Positions 41,654 to 52,556 of a stretch of DNA of 64,000 nt are shown in pieces (position 1 is the stretch's first letter; every line of letters begins with the position of its first letter). Source of the stretch: Phormidesmis sp. (GTDB taxonomy: Bacteria > Cyanobacteriota > Cyanobacteriia > Leptolyngbyales > Leptolyngbyaceae). The translations under genes and the position numbers were made by a program. The DNA lies in NCBI GenBank assembly GCA_965248535.1, contig CBDFJR010000005.1, forward strand, positions 1,344,001 through 1,408,000, read 5' to 3'. The notes under the pieces are model-generated. The model was given only the letters and a program-made list of their open reading frames with translations, was not told the origin of the DNA and ran no database searches.

Positions 41654-43309
41654 ATGACAGCACAATTAAAGAGTGTAGGCATCGGGATCGCCCTTCTCAG
41701 TGGCGGGCTGACTCTTGCGCCTGTTGCCTTGGCTGAAGGTGATTTGATCGTTAGCCCATCGTCGATCGACGCGGTTTCGGCTCAACCGTCTGAGGAGAGC
41801 GATCGCTCCTCTCTCGATCAAGTGACTTCAGTTTCTCAACTGACCGATGTTCGCCCGACTGACTGGGCGTTTCAAGCTTTGCAGTCGCTGGTTGAGCGCT
41901 ATGGCTGCATTGCAGGTTATCCCGACAAGACCTATCGCGGCAACCGGGCCCTGACTCGCTATGAGTTTGCTGCCGGGCTGAATGCGTGTCTTGATCGGGT
42001 CAATCAACTCATCGCTGCCTCAACCGCTGATCTCGTTAAAAAAGAAGATCTCGTCACTCTGCAAAAACTGCAAGCAGAATTTGCAGCAGAACTGGCTACT
42101 CTGCGCGGTCGAGTTGACGTGCTAGAAGCCCGAACCACCACACTGCAAAAGCAGCAGTTTTCGACCACTACTAAACTCGGTGTTGAACTGGTCAGCTATC
42201 TCGCCGATGCCTTTGGCAAAAGCGCCGGAGATGTCAACAATGCAAACCTGGGCTATCGACTGCGACTGGATTTTGATACTAGCTTTTCGGGCAAAGATCG
42301 CCTGAGAGTGCGGCTGCAATCGACTAATTTGCGACGGTTAGATACGGCAACCACCTTTCCTACAGGGGCCCTGGCAGGCGGAACAGACGAATCTCGATTT
42401 TTAGCGACCAGCGTGTCGCAAGATGGTGAATTTCGGCTCAATCGCTTGCAATATCGCTTCCCGATCGGAGAGAAACTCACGGTTTTTCTCGATGCCAACA
42501 CGATCGATCCCAGCATTGTCACCGACCCGATCACGCCGTTTAACGACCAAACTCAGGGGTCTCCGTCTAACTTTGCTCAGATTAATCCCATCTTTTTTCC
42601 GGTGGGCAACCGGGCCGGAGTCGCGGCTAACGTTCACGTCTCACCCGCTATTAGCTGGGATTTTGGCTATTATGGCGAAGACTCGACGATCGGCGGGCCC
42701 AACTTCCCCGATAACAAATCAGGCATCTTTAACGGCGGTCACAGCGCCTGGACTCAGCTAATCTATAGTGCGGGAGCGCTCAAGGCTGGGTTTCTCTACG
42801 TCAACTCTTACTCAGTGGTGAATGGGGTCGATACGCTAGCGGGCAGCAATGCGGCAAAAGTGATCGGCGCAGGCCCGACCATGGGCAACTCCTATGGCTT
42901 TCAGTTTGACTATCGGGTTTCGCCTAAGTTTGAGTTGGGCGGCTGGGTGGGCTATACGGCAGCGCGGACTTTAGGCGATGGCACCAAAGGCGATGCCTCA
43001 GTCTGGAACTTTGCGGTAAATGTCGCCTTTCCTGACTTGGGCAAAAAAGGCAACCTGGGCGGCTTTGTGTTTGGGATGCAGCCAAAACTCACTTCAACGA
43101 GCAGCGATGCCGTGGCTCAAGCGATCGGGCTACCCGTGGGTCAACGCAGCGATCGGGACACGGGCTATCACATTGAGGCATTTTATCGCTATCAACTGAC
43201 GGATAACCTGTCGTTGACTCCGGGCGTGATCTGGCTGACGGCTCCCAATCATGACGATCGTAACCCTGATGTTGTGATTGGCGTGATCAGAACCACGTTT
43301 GTCTTTTAG
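41654..43309 (+). CDS. SLH-domain outer-membrane porin (OprB/Som family)
   Basis: QVTSVSQLTDVRPTDWAFQALQSLVERYGCIAGYPD, QFSTTTKL, C-terminal IRTTFVF. Confidence 0.95.
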   Translation: MTAQLKSVGIGIALLSGGLTLAPVALAEGDLIVSPSSIDAVSAQPSEESDRSSLDQVTSVSQLTDVRPTDWAFQALQSLVERYGCIAGYPDKTYRGNRALTRYEFAAGLNACLDRVNQLIAASTADLVKKEDLVTLQKLQAEFAAELATLRGRVDVLEARTTTLQKQQFSTTTKLGVELVSYLADAFGKSAGDVNNANLGYRLRLDFDTSFSGKDRLRVRLQSTNLRRLDTATTFPTGALAGGTDESRFLATSVSQDGEFRLNRLQYRFPIGEKLTVFLDANTIDPSIVTDPITPFNDQTQGSPSNFAQINPIFFPVGNRAGVAANVHVSPAISWDFGYYGEDSTIGGPNFPDNKSGIFNGGHSAWTQLIYSAGALKAGFLYVNSYSVVNGVDTLAGSNAAKVIGAGPTMGNSYGFQFDYRVSPKFELGGWVGYTAARTLGDGTKGDASVWNFAVNVAFPDLGKKGNLGGFVFGMQPKLTSTSSDAVAQAIGLPVGQRSDRDTGYHIEAFYRYQLTDNLSLTPGVIWLTAPNHDDRNPDVVIGVIRTTFVF

Positions 43310-43463
43310 CCGAATTCTGCTGTCTGCGATCGGAGTGGATAAAGCTCGATCGATTTTTTTATTAACGATAAAGAAGTCGCAGGGTTGCGTATACTGAATC
43401 TGCTAGCGGAACTGAATCATTAACGACGAAAAGATTTAGAAATGTAACCTAGAGGAATCGCAA

Positions 43464-44312
43464 GTGAAACGAAGACAATTAATCTTGACTGGTTTGTTTG
43501 CAGTGTCATTGGCAACGACTACGATCGTGGGTTGCAGCAATCAAGATGCAAACAATGCCAACACGGCTAACAAAAAAGAGTTAACGCTGGTGACATCACC
43601 AGATTACCCGCCCTATGAGTTTTATGACACTGCTAATGGGGGTCGTCAAATTGTCGGGTTTGATATTGATATTGCTAACTATGTGGCTAAAGAGTTGGGA
43701 CTAACCCTCAAAATTCAAGAATCTGATTTTAATGGCTTGATTCCCGCGATTCAGGCTAAACGAGCAGACTTTGTGATGGCGGGCATGACTCCCACTGACG
43801 AGCGCAAAAAAAGTGTAGATTTCTCAACGCTTTATTTTCAAGCTCAAGACACGATCGTGTCCCCAACAGGCAGCAATCTTAAAAAACCAGCCGATCTAGC
43901 AGGTAAAAAAGTTGGCGTGCAGCTAGGCTCAATTCAAGAAGGCAACGCCAAAAAGATTGCCGAAAAAGTCACCGGAATTCAGATTAAACCTCTGAACAAA
44001 ATTCCTGAGATTGTGCAAGAAGTCAAAGCAAAACGCATTGATGCCGCCATTATCGAAAACACGATCGCGGAAGGGTTTCTCAAGTCCAATCCTGACCTAG
44101 AGTTCACACTCATCCCCAACGAAGGGCCGTCTGGTTCAGCGATCGCTTTCCCCAAAGGGTCATCTCGCGTGGCTGACTTTAACACCGTGCTGCAAAAAAT
44201 GAAGGCCAGTGGCGAACTCGATCGCCTCGCCAAGAAGTGGTTTTCTCAAAGCATTCCGCCATCTCCGGCAGCCTCTCCCTCGACTTCTCCTTCTCCCTTA
44301 CCTAGCAAATAA
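43464..44312 (+). CDS. Polar amino-acid ABC transporter substrate-binding lipoprotein
   Basis: Lipobox IVGC, SPDYPPYEF, VGFDIDIA, AGMTPTDERKKSVDFS. Confidence 0.92.
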   Translation: MKRRQLILTGLFAVSLATTTIVGCSNQDANNANTANKKELTLVTSPDYPPYEFYDTANGGRQIVGFDIDIANYVAKELGLTLKIQESDFNGLIPAIQAKRADFVMAGMTPTDERKKSVDFSTLYFQAQDTIVSPTGSNLKKPADLAGKKVGVQLGSIQEGNAKKIAEKVTGIQIKPLNKIPEIVQEVKAKRIDAAIIENTIAEGFLKSNPDLEFTLIPNEGPSGSAIAFPKGSSRVADFNTVLQKMKASGELDRLAKKWFSQSIPPSPAASPSTSPSPLPSK

Positions 44313-44365
44313 TTCGCCTGTAGGGGCGTTTCCTACAGCGTTCCTACAAACATCATCCCACTTAT

Positions 44366-45025
44366 ATGAATCTAGACTTTGCGCGCATTCTGCCTGATCT
44401 CCCGTTTATTCTTAGTGGCATTCCGCAGACGTTGCTTTTTACATTCTCATCTGTGTTCTTTGGGCTGCTGCTCGGAACGGTTCTCTCGCTGTTTAAGATC
44501 TCTGGCGTTAAGCCCCTCTACTGGTTTGCAGTAGCCTACACGTCTGTATTCCGGGGCACTCCGCTACTGCTGCAATTATCGTTGGTTTATTTTGCAACCC
44601 CGCAGTTAACAGGCTATGACATTTCGGCACTGCAAGCGGGCGTGTTCACCTTTAGCCTCAACTCTGCGGCTTATATGTCAGAGACGATTCGCGCCGGAAT
44701 TCAGGCTGTCGATAAAGGGCAAACCGAAGCCGCGCTAACGCTGGGTGTTCCCTACCCGCAATTGATGTGGGATATTGTGCTGCCCCAAGCGTTAAAAAAT
44801 ATTCTCCCGGCATTGGTGAATGAAACGATTTCGCTGCTCAAAGATTCTTCATTGGTGTCTACGATCGGGGTCGTCGAGATTCTTCGCAGTGCTCAAATTG
44901 TGGGCGCAAACAAATATATCTACTTTGAGCCACTGATTTTAGCAGGCTTAATCTATTACATTTTGGTGATGGGGTTAACGTACACGGCATCCATTTTAGA
45001 AAAGAGGCTGAGACGCAGTGAATGA
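44366..45025 (+). CDS. Polar amino-acid ABC transporter permease
   Basis: [41 protein letters not shown]. Confidence 0.93.
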   Translation: MNLDFARILPDLPFILSGIPQTLLFTFSSVFFGLLLGTVLSLFKISGVKPLYWFAVAYTSVFRGTPLLLQLSLVYFATPQLTGYDISALQAGVFTFSLNSAAYMSETIRAGIQAVDKGQTEAALTLGVPYPQLMWDIVLPQALKNILPALVNETISLLKDSSLVSTIGVVEILRSAQIVGANKYIYFEPLILAGLIYYILVMGLTYTASILEKRLRRSE

Positions 45026-45752
45026 AGTTGTAATTCGGGTTGAATTTCTCTGTAAATCGTTTGGGGCGCTCAAAGTTCTTGACGACATTTCGACCGAGAT
45101 TCATCGGGGTGAAGTGGTGTCAATCTTGGGGCCTTCTGGCTCAGGCAAATCGACATTTCTGCGCTGCATGAACTTGCTAGAACAACCAACTCGCGGGCGA
45201 ATTTATTTCAACGAGCAAGACATTACCGCTCCTAAAATCAACATTTCCACTGTCCGGCAAAAGCTGGGCATGGTGTTTCAACACTTCAATCTGTTTCCGC
45301 ACCTGACCACCCTCGCAAACGTCACCTATGCCCCCATTAAACTTAAAGGCATGAGTCACGAGCAAGCCAAACAAAAGGGTATGGAGCTACTCGCCAAAGT
45401 CGGGTTAGCCGAAAAAGCCAATGTTTATCCGTCTCGACTCTCAGGCGGACAAAAACAGCGCGTCGCGATCGCTCGTGCCCTAGCCATGGAACCCGAAGTG
45501 ATTTTGTTTGATGAGCCGACTTCTGCCCTCGACCCTGAAACCGTTAAAGAAGTGCTAGAAGTGATGAAAGCCTTGGCTAAAACCGGAATCACGATGGCCG
45601 TAGTGACCCACGAGATGGGCTTTGCGCGAGAAGTGGCCGATCGCATTCTTTTTCTTGATCAAGGCAAGTTGGCCGAAGACAGTTCGCCGGATGAGTTTTT
45701 TAGTCGTCCGCGCTGCGATCGGGCCAAGCAGTTTCTCGAAAAAATGCTTTAA
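45018..45752 (+). CDS. Polar amino-acid ABC transporter ATP-binding protein (GlnQ-like)
   Basis: [44 protein letters not shown]. Confidence 0.95.
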   Translation: MNEVVIRVEFLCKSFGALKVLDDISTEIHRGEVVSILGPSGSGKSTFLRCMNLLEQPTRGRIYFNEQDITAPKINISTVRQKLGMVFQHFNLFPHLTTLANVTYAPIKLKGMSHEQAKQKGMELLAKVGLAEKANVYPSRLSGGQKQRVAIARALAMEPEVILFDEPTSALDPETVKEVLEVMKALAKTGITMAVVTHEMGFAREVADRILFLDQGKLAEDSSPDEFFSRPRCDRAKQFLEKML

Positions 45753-46626
45753 ACGAATTCTCCTTGGCCACCATCACGACGTGACCGCCGACCGACACTT
45801 CGATCTCGGCATCGGTTCTTTGCGCTTTGAGCAACAGCAGCGACGGTCTGCCCATCTCATAGCCTTGTTCAACGCGCACATCAACCGGAGCATCCCCAAA
45901 GTAGTGGTATTGCACTAAATATCCAGCCAGACACCCGTTGGCGCTGCCCGTCGCCGGATCTTCTGGGATGCCCAACCCATCCACAAACACGCGCACACAA
46001 AGCTGATTGTCAGCGTGATACGTTTCAGGACAAAAGACTAGAATCGCTTTGGCCTCTGTGGTGGCGATCAGGTCAAATAGTTTCTCGCGATCGATTTTAG
46101 AGTGCTGAAGCGATCGCTGTTTTTTCAACGGCACAATCATAAACGGCAAGCCTGTCGAAACTTCTTGGATGGGATAGCGATCGTCCAATTCATCAACATT
46201 GAGATTGAGAATGGGCGCGATCGTCTCTCGGCTGAATTGTTGTCCAAACCTGGGCGAATTTTGACGCATCCACAATAAATCAATCTGCCGATCGCGATAG
46301 CTCAACGTCACCGGAATCTGTCCTACTTTGAGATTGAGAATCACGGTCTCGATCGCGGATTGAATCACTTCCTGTTGCAAAATAAACGCTGTTCCTAAGG
46401 TCGGATGCCCAGCAAAAGGCAACTCTTGCTGAGGCGTAAAAATCCGAACTTTATAGCCGCCATTCTCAGCGATCTCAGACTCGATAAACGTCGTCTCAGA
46501 ATAATTCATTTCTTTGGCAATCTGCTGCATTTGCTCAGTTGAGAGATGCTCAACGCCACGAAACACAGCAAGCTGATTTCCAGCATATTTTGTTTCTGCA
46601 AACACATCGACGATATAAAACTGCAT
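45700..46626 (-). CDS. PhzF family isomerase; 3' end possibly frameshift-extended
   Basis: VDVFA...[46 protein letters not shown]. Confidence 0.9.
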   Translation of the reverse strand: MQFYIVDVFAETKYAGNQLAVFRGVEHLSTEQMQQIAKEMNYSETTFIESEIAENGGYKVRIFTPQQELPFAGHPTLGTAFILQQEVIQSAIETVILNLKVGQIPVTLSYRDRQIDLLWMRQNSPRFGQQFSRETIAPILNLNVDELDDRYPIQEVSTGLPFMIVPLKKQRSLQHSKIDREKLFDLIATTEAKAILVFCPETYHADNQLCVRVFVDGLGIPEDPATGSANGCLAGYLVQYHYFGDAPVDVRVEQGYEMGRPSLLLLKAQRTDAEIEVSVGGHVVMVAKENSFKAFFRETAWPDRSADD

Positions 46627-46869
46627 GGTTCTGCCTCTCGGTTGACCTCACTTGGGTCTTGCACTAATGTAAAGATTCCATAAACTTTCGTCAAAATTGA
46701 GTCGATCGGCTGGTGTTTTTACGCAACCCAAGGTCTAATAGGCACGGTTGAAGCGTTCTAAGGTCAAACAGCTTTCCATTTGCTGACTAACCGTTTGGGA
46801 TACGATCGCACGATCACAGACTCAACACCTGACCCAATTCCAGCCCTTAAAAGACCCCCAGAAACCACC

Positions 46870-48057
46870 ATGAAGAACCTATCACCTCAAGTTGAGATGT
46901 TGCCTCAGCGTGAAACATTTCACTTGGCGTATCTCGATTCTCTAAGGGGTTTAGCTGCACTCTATATTGTGCTCCATCATGCCACTCTACAAATCAATTT
47001 TTCTGAGAACAACCCGAATATTTTCGTAAAATCTTTTGTTTACGTCACCATGAATGGGTTTCAGTATGGACACTATGCTGTCGATTTATTTATTGTTCTT
47101 TCAGGCTTTTGCTTAATGCTGCCTGTCATTCGCAACGATGGCGAAATTAAGGGTGGGGCAATTAATTTTTTCAAAAAACGTGTTCGACGTATTCTGCCAC
47201 CCTACTATTTAGCAATGGGGCTTTCTCTTCTGTTAATTTTCACCTTAATTGGAAACAAAACAGGCACCCATTGGGATGCCAGCCTTCCTGTGACATCACA
47301 TGATATCATCGCTCATTTATTGCTCATTCAAGACCTATTTAGGGAGATGAATGCAAAAATAAATCATGCTTTTTGGTCTATTTCAGTTGAGTGGAGAATT
47401 TACTTCCTGTTTCCAATACTCATTTTGTTGTGGAGACGCTTTGGGGCAGTGAAGGTTGCTGCATCGACGCTGACCTTATCGTCTTTGCTCTATTTCGTTC
47501 TTTATCTAATCGCTCACTTTGTTCCATCCTTTGCGATTAACTTAAGTCCTTGGGGAAGCTGCCCTCACTACATTGGACTGTTTGCCCTAGGTATGTTGTC
47601 TGCCGAAATTGCCTACTCAAGTCAATCGACGTTTCCCCATCTTCGGAAAAATCTGCCTTGGAAAATGATGGCTTTAATAGCGGCTGCCGCGTCATTGATT
47701 ATTTATGATACTGCAATCCATAGTGGTTATCTGTGGGTCGTTGCAGATTTAATTGCAGGCGTTGGATTTGCTTGTTTACTAATAGTTTCGTCATTCGCTC
47801 AAACCAGTTGGCTCACTAACTTATTGACCTGGAAGCCACTCGTTTTTATCGGCGGATTTGCTTATAGTCTCTATCTGGTTCATGCGCCTTTATTGCAGGT
47901 CATTTCGCAGTATTTACTAGATCCGTTAGGGCTAACAAACTGGATGGCTTTATTGGTGATGTTTGTAGTTGGCACACCGATCGTTGTCGGATTTTCCTAC
48001 CTGTTTTTTGTGCTGTTTGAACGACCATTTCTCACTAAAAAGAGACTGATTGTCTGA
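46870..48057 (+). CDS. Acyltransferase family 3 (OafA-like)
   Basis: LDSLRGLAAL, AVDLFIVLSGF, RRILPPYY, WSISVEWRIY, YSLYLVH, FERPF; AT-rich. Confidence 0.92.
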   Translation: MKNLSPQVEMLPQRETFHLAYLDSLRGLAALYIVLHHATLQINFSENNPNIFVKSFVYVTMNGFQYGHYAVDLFIVLSGFCLMLPVIRNDGEIKGGAINFFKKRVRRILPPYYLAMGLSLLLIFTLIGNKTGTHWDASLPVTSHDIIAHLLLIQDLFREMNAKINHAFWSISVEWRIYFLFPILILLWRRFGAVKVAASTLTLSSLLYFVLYLIAHFVPSFAINLSPWGSCPHYIGLFALGMLSAEIAYSSQSTFPHLRKNLPWKMMALIAAAASLIIYDTAIHSGYLWVVADLIAGVGFACLLIVSSFAQTSWLTNLLTWKPLVFIGGFAYSLYLVHAPLLQVISQYLLDPLGLTNWMALLVMFVVGTPIVVGFSYLFFVLFERPFLTKKRLIV

Positions 48058-48271
48058 ACTATTTCATGGTCTCTTTTAGCCGATAAATGAATGATTGATG
48101 ACTCAGAAGTGTCAAGTTTAGAGTTTGTGCGATCCACCGAGACAAGACTATCTGAGGCTCTAAATTTCAGCATGAGCATTTAGTGAAAGACCGAATTTAC
48201 TCTTCTTCTCTGGCATCTCTCAACAGACGATGGCAAAATAGACGTTACTCTTTTGTTAGTTGAGCAGCATC

Positions 48272-49021
48272 ATGACGATTCATCCAACGCTACAGAATGC
48301 CCTTGACCACGCTCACGCTCTAAAAATCATTAGCGGCCTGAATAACTTTGATGCCGATCGGGTTGCGGCCGTGGTTAAAGCTGCCGATCGTGGCGGTGCA
48401 ACCTTTGTCGATATCGCGGCTGACCCTAACCTAGTGCGGATGGCAAAGCAACTCACCAGCCTGCCAGTCTGCGTCTCTGCCGTCGAGCCAGAGTTATTGG
48501 TGGCTGCCGTCAATGCAGGTGCCGACCTGATCGAAATCGGCAACTTTGATAGTTTCTATGCTCAAGGTCGTCGATTTGAGTCCGCAGAGGTCTTGGCGCT
48601 CACTCATGCGACTCGCGCTCTATTGCCGACGATGACCCTATCGGTCACGGTGCCCCACACGCTGCCGCTCGATCGCCAAGTTCAATTGGCAGAAGACTTG
48701 GTGAAAGCTGGAGCCGACCTGATTCAGACTGAGGGTGGCACGAGCAGCGCCCCAACCCATGCGGGCAGCTTAGGCCTGATCGAAAAAGCAGCCCCCACGA
48801 TCGCGGCTGCCTACGAGATTTCTCGTGCGATCGCGATCCCGGTGCTTTGTGCGTCGGGCTTATCGAGCGTGACCGTGCCCCTAGCGATCGCGGCGGGTGC
48901 ATCGGGTGTCGGCATTGGGTCTGCCATTCATCAACTCAACAGTGAAATTGCTATGGTGGCCGCCGTCCGCAGCTTGGTCGAAGCGCTGGCAACGGTCAGC
49001 CGCGCCAGCGTCAATCGGTAG
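48272..49021 (+). CDS. DUF561 (Ycf23) family protein
   Basis: LKIISGLNNFD, GGATFVDIAAD, IEIGNFDSFY, IQTEGGTS. Confidence 0.9.
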   Translation: MTIHPTLQNALDHAHALKIISGLNNFDADRVAAVVKAADRGGATFVDIAADPNLVRMAKQLTSLPVCVSAVEPELLVAAVNAGADLIEIGNFDSFYAQGRRFESAEVLALTHATRALLPTMTLSVTVPHTLPLDRQVQLAEDLVKAGADLIQTEGGTSSAPTHAGSLGLIEKAAPTIAAAYEISRAIAIPVLCASGLSSVTVPLAIAAGASGVGIGSAIHQLNSEIAMVAAVRSLVEALATVSRASVNR

Positions 49022-49030
49022 GATTTCACA

Positions 49031-49066
49031 AAACAGCGATCGTTCCAACCAGAACGATCGCTGTTT
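49031..49066. terminator. Inverted repeat between convergent genes
   Basis: AAACAGCGATCGTTC-CAACCA-GAACGATCGCTGTTT. Confidence 0.7.
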
Positions 49067-49086
49067 CAAGCTCAATTTCTCACGCT

Positions 49087-49440
49087 CTACAGCAGGCGGA
49101 AGATGAAGGGATAGCTGAAAGGCTCATTGGGTTTGCTAAAGCAGTGAGCTAGCGCCCAAATCGTCAAACCCCAGTGAATAGCATAGCCAAGGGGGAATAA
49201 AACCCACCCTAACAGCCCAAAGGTCAGCAGCGATGGAATCAGAATCAAAATGCCCCAAAACCACACGTTAAAGTGAAAGTTGATCGATTCTTTGGCGTTG
49301 GCTTTAACAACTGGGTCGTCGGAGATAAACGTGATCGCGATCGGCACGCCAACCGATAAAAATGTTGTGCTAAAAAAGATTGCTCCATGACATAGGCAGG
49401 ATAGCAACTTGCGCTTGTCTGAATCGTAGGTTCCTTGCAT
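49087..49440 (-). CDS. DUF4870 family small membrane protein
   Basis: LLSCLCHGAIFF...DDPVVKANAKESINFHFN...PFSYPFIFRL. Confidence 0.8.
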   Translation of the reverse strand: MQGTYDSDKRKLLSCLCHGAIFFSTTFLSVGVPIAITFISDDPVVKANAKESINFHFNVWFWGILILIPSLLTFGLLGWVLFPLGYAIHWGLTIWALAHCFSKPNEPFSYPFIFRLL

Positions 49441-49558
49441 CCTGGAACGGCTCCTGTAGATAATTTTTCTTTGACCTGATCGTATCTCCGATCGTACAGC
49501 CTTCAGTAGTGAAGTTTACCGTACTTCTTCACGCAAGCAGCTTTTCCTTTAGATAGAT

Positions 49559-50398
49559 TTATTGTTGGGCATCAATTTTTTGAGGGTTTTGAGGGGTGAG
49601 AATCACCTCTGGGTTAAATGGCTGAAGATTGGGTGCAGAGCCGTTTTGCTGAGGTTGGGCAAAGCGTTGCGCCAAATTGATAAAGTCAGAGGGCACCATC
49701 ACGATCGTGGTGGTGTTGTTTTCGGCTCCGATTTCGGTCAGCATTTGCAAACGGCGCAATTCTAGCGCGATCGGGTTAGCGCTAATCATTTGAGACGCTT
49801 CGGCGAGTTTTGCAGAGGCTTCTTGCTCGGCGGCGGCTTTAATGATGCGGGCGCGTTTTTCACGAATGGCTTCAGCTTCTTTGGCCATTGCCCGCTGCAT
49901 GGTCGGCGGAATCTCGACATCCTTGGTTTCAACTCGCTCAATCACGATGCCCCAGGGTTCTGTGATTTCATCAACGATTTCTTGCACTTTGACGTTGATT
50001 TTGTCGCGGTTTTGCAGCACATCATCCAAGATATTTTGTCCGACCACGTTTCGCAGAGTCGTCATAGCCACCTGATAGACGGCGGTTTGATAGCTCTCAA
50101 CTTTGTTGATGGCCTTAGATGGGTCGAGAATGCGGTAGTAAAGAACAGCGTTGACTTTGATGGTGACGCTATCAGCCGTGACGGTTTCTTGCGGCTCAAT
50201 ATTGACGGTTTTGGTTCTTACGTCAATCTGCACTTTTTGATCGACAAACGGCATAATCCAATACATGCCGGGGCCCATCACGCCCTTGGTGCGTCCGAGC
50301 CGAAAAATCACGCCTCGCTGATATTCTCGATCGATTTTCAACCCGTTTAGCGACACGATAAACAGTGCGCCAAGCAATGCAGTCATAAAGCTTCCCAT
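49559..50398 (-). CDS. SPFH/stomatin-like (slipin) protein
   Basis: EYQRGVIFRLGR, TTLRNVVGQ, TEPWGI, MQRAMAKEAEAIREKRA, ALELRRLQ. Confidence 0.92.
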   Translation of the reverse strand: MGSFMTALLGALFIVSLNGLKIDREYQRGVIFRLGRTKGVMGPGMYWIMPFVDQKVQIDVRTKTVNIEPQETVTADSVTIKVNAVLYYRILDPSKAINKVESYQTAVYQVAMTTLRNVVGQNILDDVLQNRDKINVKVQEIVDEITEPWGIVIERVETKDVEIPPTMQRAMAKEAEAIREKRARIIKAAAEQEASAKLAEASQMISANPIALELRRLQMLTEIGAENNTTTIVMVPSDFINLAQRFAQPQQNGSAPNLQPFNPEVILTPQNPQKIDAQQ

Positions 50399-50519
50399 TG
50401 GGCGATTCCTAACGCTATACCTCTGTTCTAGCACAGCACTTTAGGAGCACCCAGAAACGTAATGTTATCGGGTTTGTTCTGGCGATCGGTCGGCTCTAGT
50501 GACTTCTGAACCCCTCTCT

Positions 50520-52034
50520 TTAAGACTCCTCAGAATCGAATTTTTCAGGTTTTAGCAATGGGAAGGCGATCACGTCACGAATGCTAGCGGCATCAGTCAG
50601 CACCATGACTAAGCGATCGATGCCGATTCCCAGTCCTCCGGTTGGCGGCATTCCATATTCCAACGCGGTGAGAAAGTCTTCGTCAACGCCTTGGGCTTCG
50701 AGATCGCCAGCGGCTTTGCGATCGGCTTGGGCCTCTAGTCGCGATCGCTGATCTACAGGATCAGTTAACTCTGAGAAACTATTGGCGGTTTCTCGCCCGA
50801 CGATGAATAACTCAAATCGTTCGACTAGCCCAGGCTTTGAGCGATGCGGTTTTGCGAGGGGTGAAATCTCGATCGGATAATCTAAAACAAACGTCGGCTG
50901 GATTAGTGTATCTTCAACTTTTTGTTCAAACGCTTCGTTGAGCAGGTTCCCGATCGAGACACATTTCTCAATGTTGTAGATTCCAGCCGCTTTTGCCGCA
51001 ACTTTTGCCTCGTCTAACGTTTGGAACTGCGTGAAATCAAGTCCGGTTTTTTCTTGCACAATCTCGTGCATCGTGACTCTGCGCCACGGAGGAGTCAGAT
51101 CAATATCTTCGCCCTGGTAGCTAATCTTTAAAGTTTCTAGAACTTCTTGGGCGACGGTCGTAATAATCGCTTCGGTCAGCGCCATCATGTCGTGATAGTC
51201 GGCGTAGGCTTGATAAACCTCGATCGACGTAAATTCTGGATTGTGCCGGGTCGAAACGCCTTCGTTTCTAAAGATGCGTCCCAGTTCAAACACTTTCTCA
51301 AACCCACCCACGATCAGGCGCTTGAGGTGCAACTCGGTGGCGATGCGGAGATATAGCTCCATATCCATCGTGTTGTGATAGGTGACAAACGGACGCGCAT
51401 CGGCTCCGCCTGCTTCTGACAAGAGAACGGGCGTTTCGATTTCGATAAAGCCTTGCTGATCTAAATAGCGCCGAATTCCCGCTGTGATCAGGGCGCGACG
51501 ACGAAAGGTTTGCCGCACTTCAGGATTCACAATCAAATCCACATAGCGTTGACGATAGCGTTTAGCGACATCGGTCAAGCCGTGCCATTTGTCGGGCAGC
51601 GGCAGCAGCGATTTGGTCAACATCGTGTATTGGTTGACGTAGACCGAGAGTTCGCCTTTTTCGGTGCGCTTGACGCTGCCGCTTGCGCCGATGATGTCAC
51701 CTGCATCAGTGAGTTGCTTGAGATGGTCAAAGGCTTGCGGGTCTGCCTCGCCCATGTTGGCTTGAATGCGCGTTTTGTCGAGATAAAGCTGAATGGTGCC
51801 CGTCTCGTCTTGCAGCGTGAAAAATGCCAGCTTGCCGAAGACGCGCCGCGCCATGATTCTGCCCGCGATCGCCACTTCGATCGCGACTTCTTCACCGTTG
51901 GCTAAGTCGGCATATTTTTCTTGCAGTTCGGCGGCGTGGTGGGTTGACTGCCACTGATAGGCGTAGGGGTTTACGCCCAGTTGCTTGAGTTGCTCAACTT
52001 TTTCGAGGCGAGTAGCGCGAAGATCGTCTGACAT
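50520..52034 (-). CDS. lysS: Lysine--tRNA ligase (class II)
   Basis: [50 protein letters not shown]. Confidence 0.98.
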   Translation of the reverse strand: MSDDLRATRLEKVEQLKQLGVNPYAYQWQSTHHAAELQEKYADLANGEEVAIEVAIAGRIMARRVFGKLAFFTLQDETGTIQLYLDKTRIQANMGEADPQAFDHLKQLTDAGDIIGASGSVKRTEKGELSVYVNQYTMLTKSLLPLPDKWHGLTDVAKRYRQRYVDLIVNPEVRQTFRRRALITAGIRRYLDQQGFIEIETPVLLSEAGGADARPFVTYHNTMDMELYLRIATELHLKRLIVGGFEKVFELGRIFRNEGVSTRHNPEFTSIEVYQAYADYHDMMALTEAIITTVAQEVLETLKISYQGEDIDLTPPWRRVTMHEIVQEKTGLDFTQFQTLDEAKVAAKAAGIYNIEKCVSIGNLLNEAFEQKVEDTLIQPTFVLDYPIEISPLAKPHRSKPGLVERFELFIVGRETANSFSELTDPVDQRSRLEAQADRKAAGDLEAQGVDEDFLTALEYGMPPTGGLGIGIDRLVMVLTDAASIRDVIAFPLLKPEKFDSEES

Positions 52035-52252
52035 GGCTTAAAATTCCTGGATACGCAGCCAAGAAGCAGGATGCAACTGAGGCTAATAGCAGCTTTCTAT
52101 TATAAGGGCGAAGGCTACGGGAACGTGGAGTAAACCTTTTGCGTTTATGGGGCGATCGCATCAAAAATTGAGTACAGCAGTCAAGGCACATGAAATGCTG
52201 AGGGAACACCTCCGGTGCAGGAAACCTATGCGCTGACAGCCATACTGAAGCA

Positions 52253-52396
52253 AATATGCGAAAAGATTCCGCCTATCCATCCAAATGAGCGTAATACGCA
52301 GAAAGATTCTGTCTATCTACCTCATTCGGGGTGCTACGCAGAAACCATCTGCCTATTCACCCATTTCGGCGTGATATGCGGAAACTTTCTCTCTAA
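52253..52396. repeat. Degenerate tandem array, 40-bp period (~3.6 units), each unit with a 23-bp imperfect palindrome
   Basis: Units start at 52253, 52293, 52333 and 52373; approximate core ATAYGCRGAA-N3-TTCYGYCTAT. Confidence 0.75.
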
Positions 52397-52556
52397 AAAG
52401 AAGTTATGCTGCTTCGTTTACAGGCGATGGTAACTAGTGGTCTGTTAGCGTTTAAGCTCTAGACAGAGATCAATGAAGTGGTTAAACCCTAGAGCTTCTA
52501 CGGATGTTGTATTTTTCATCGTATTCCAAGATTGAATGAGTCAGTTTTGAAATACG

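Noticed and set aside
44319..44348. REP-like GTAGGGGCG...CCTAC element in the ABC operon
   Set aside because: Degenerate single copy; could simply be an mRNA-stabilising hairpin.
49790..50350. Long antisense or alternative-frame ORFs (e.g. 49790-50350, 16090-16548, 34923-35324)
   Set aside because: Shadow ORFs of well-supported genes with no recognisable motifs.
52253..52396. CRISPR or TIGR-type guide array
   Set aside because: The repeats are not identical, the 17-bp linkers resemble each other, and there is no cas or Nop-domain gene in the window.
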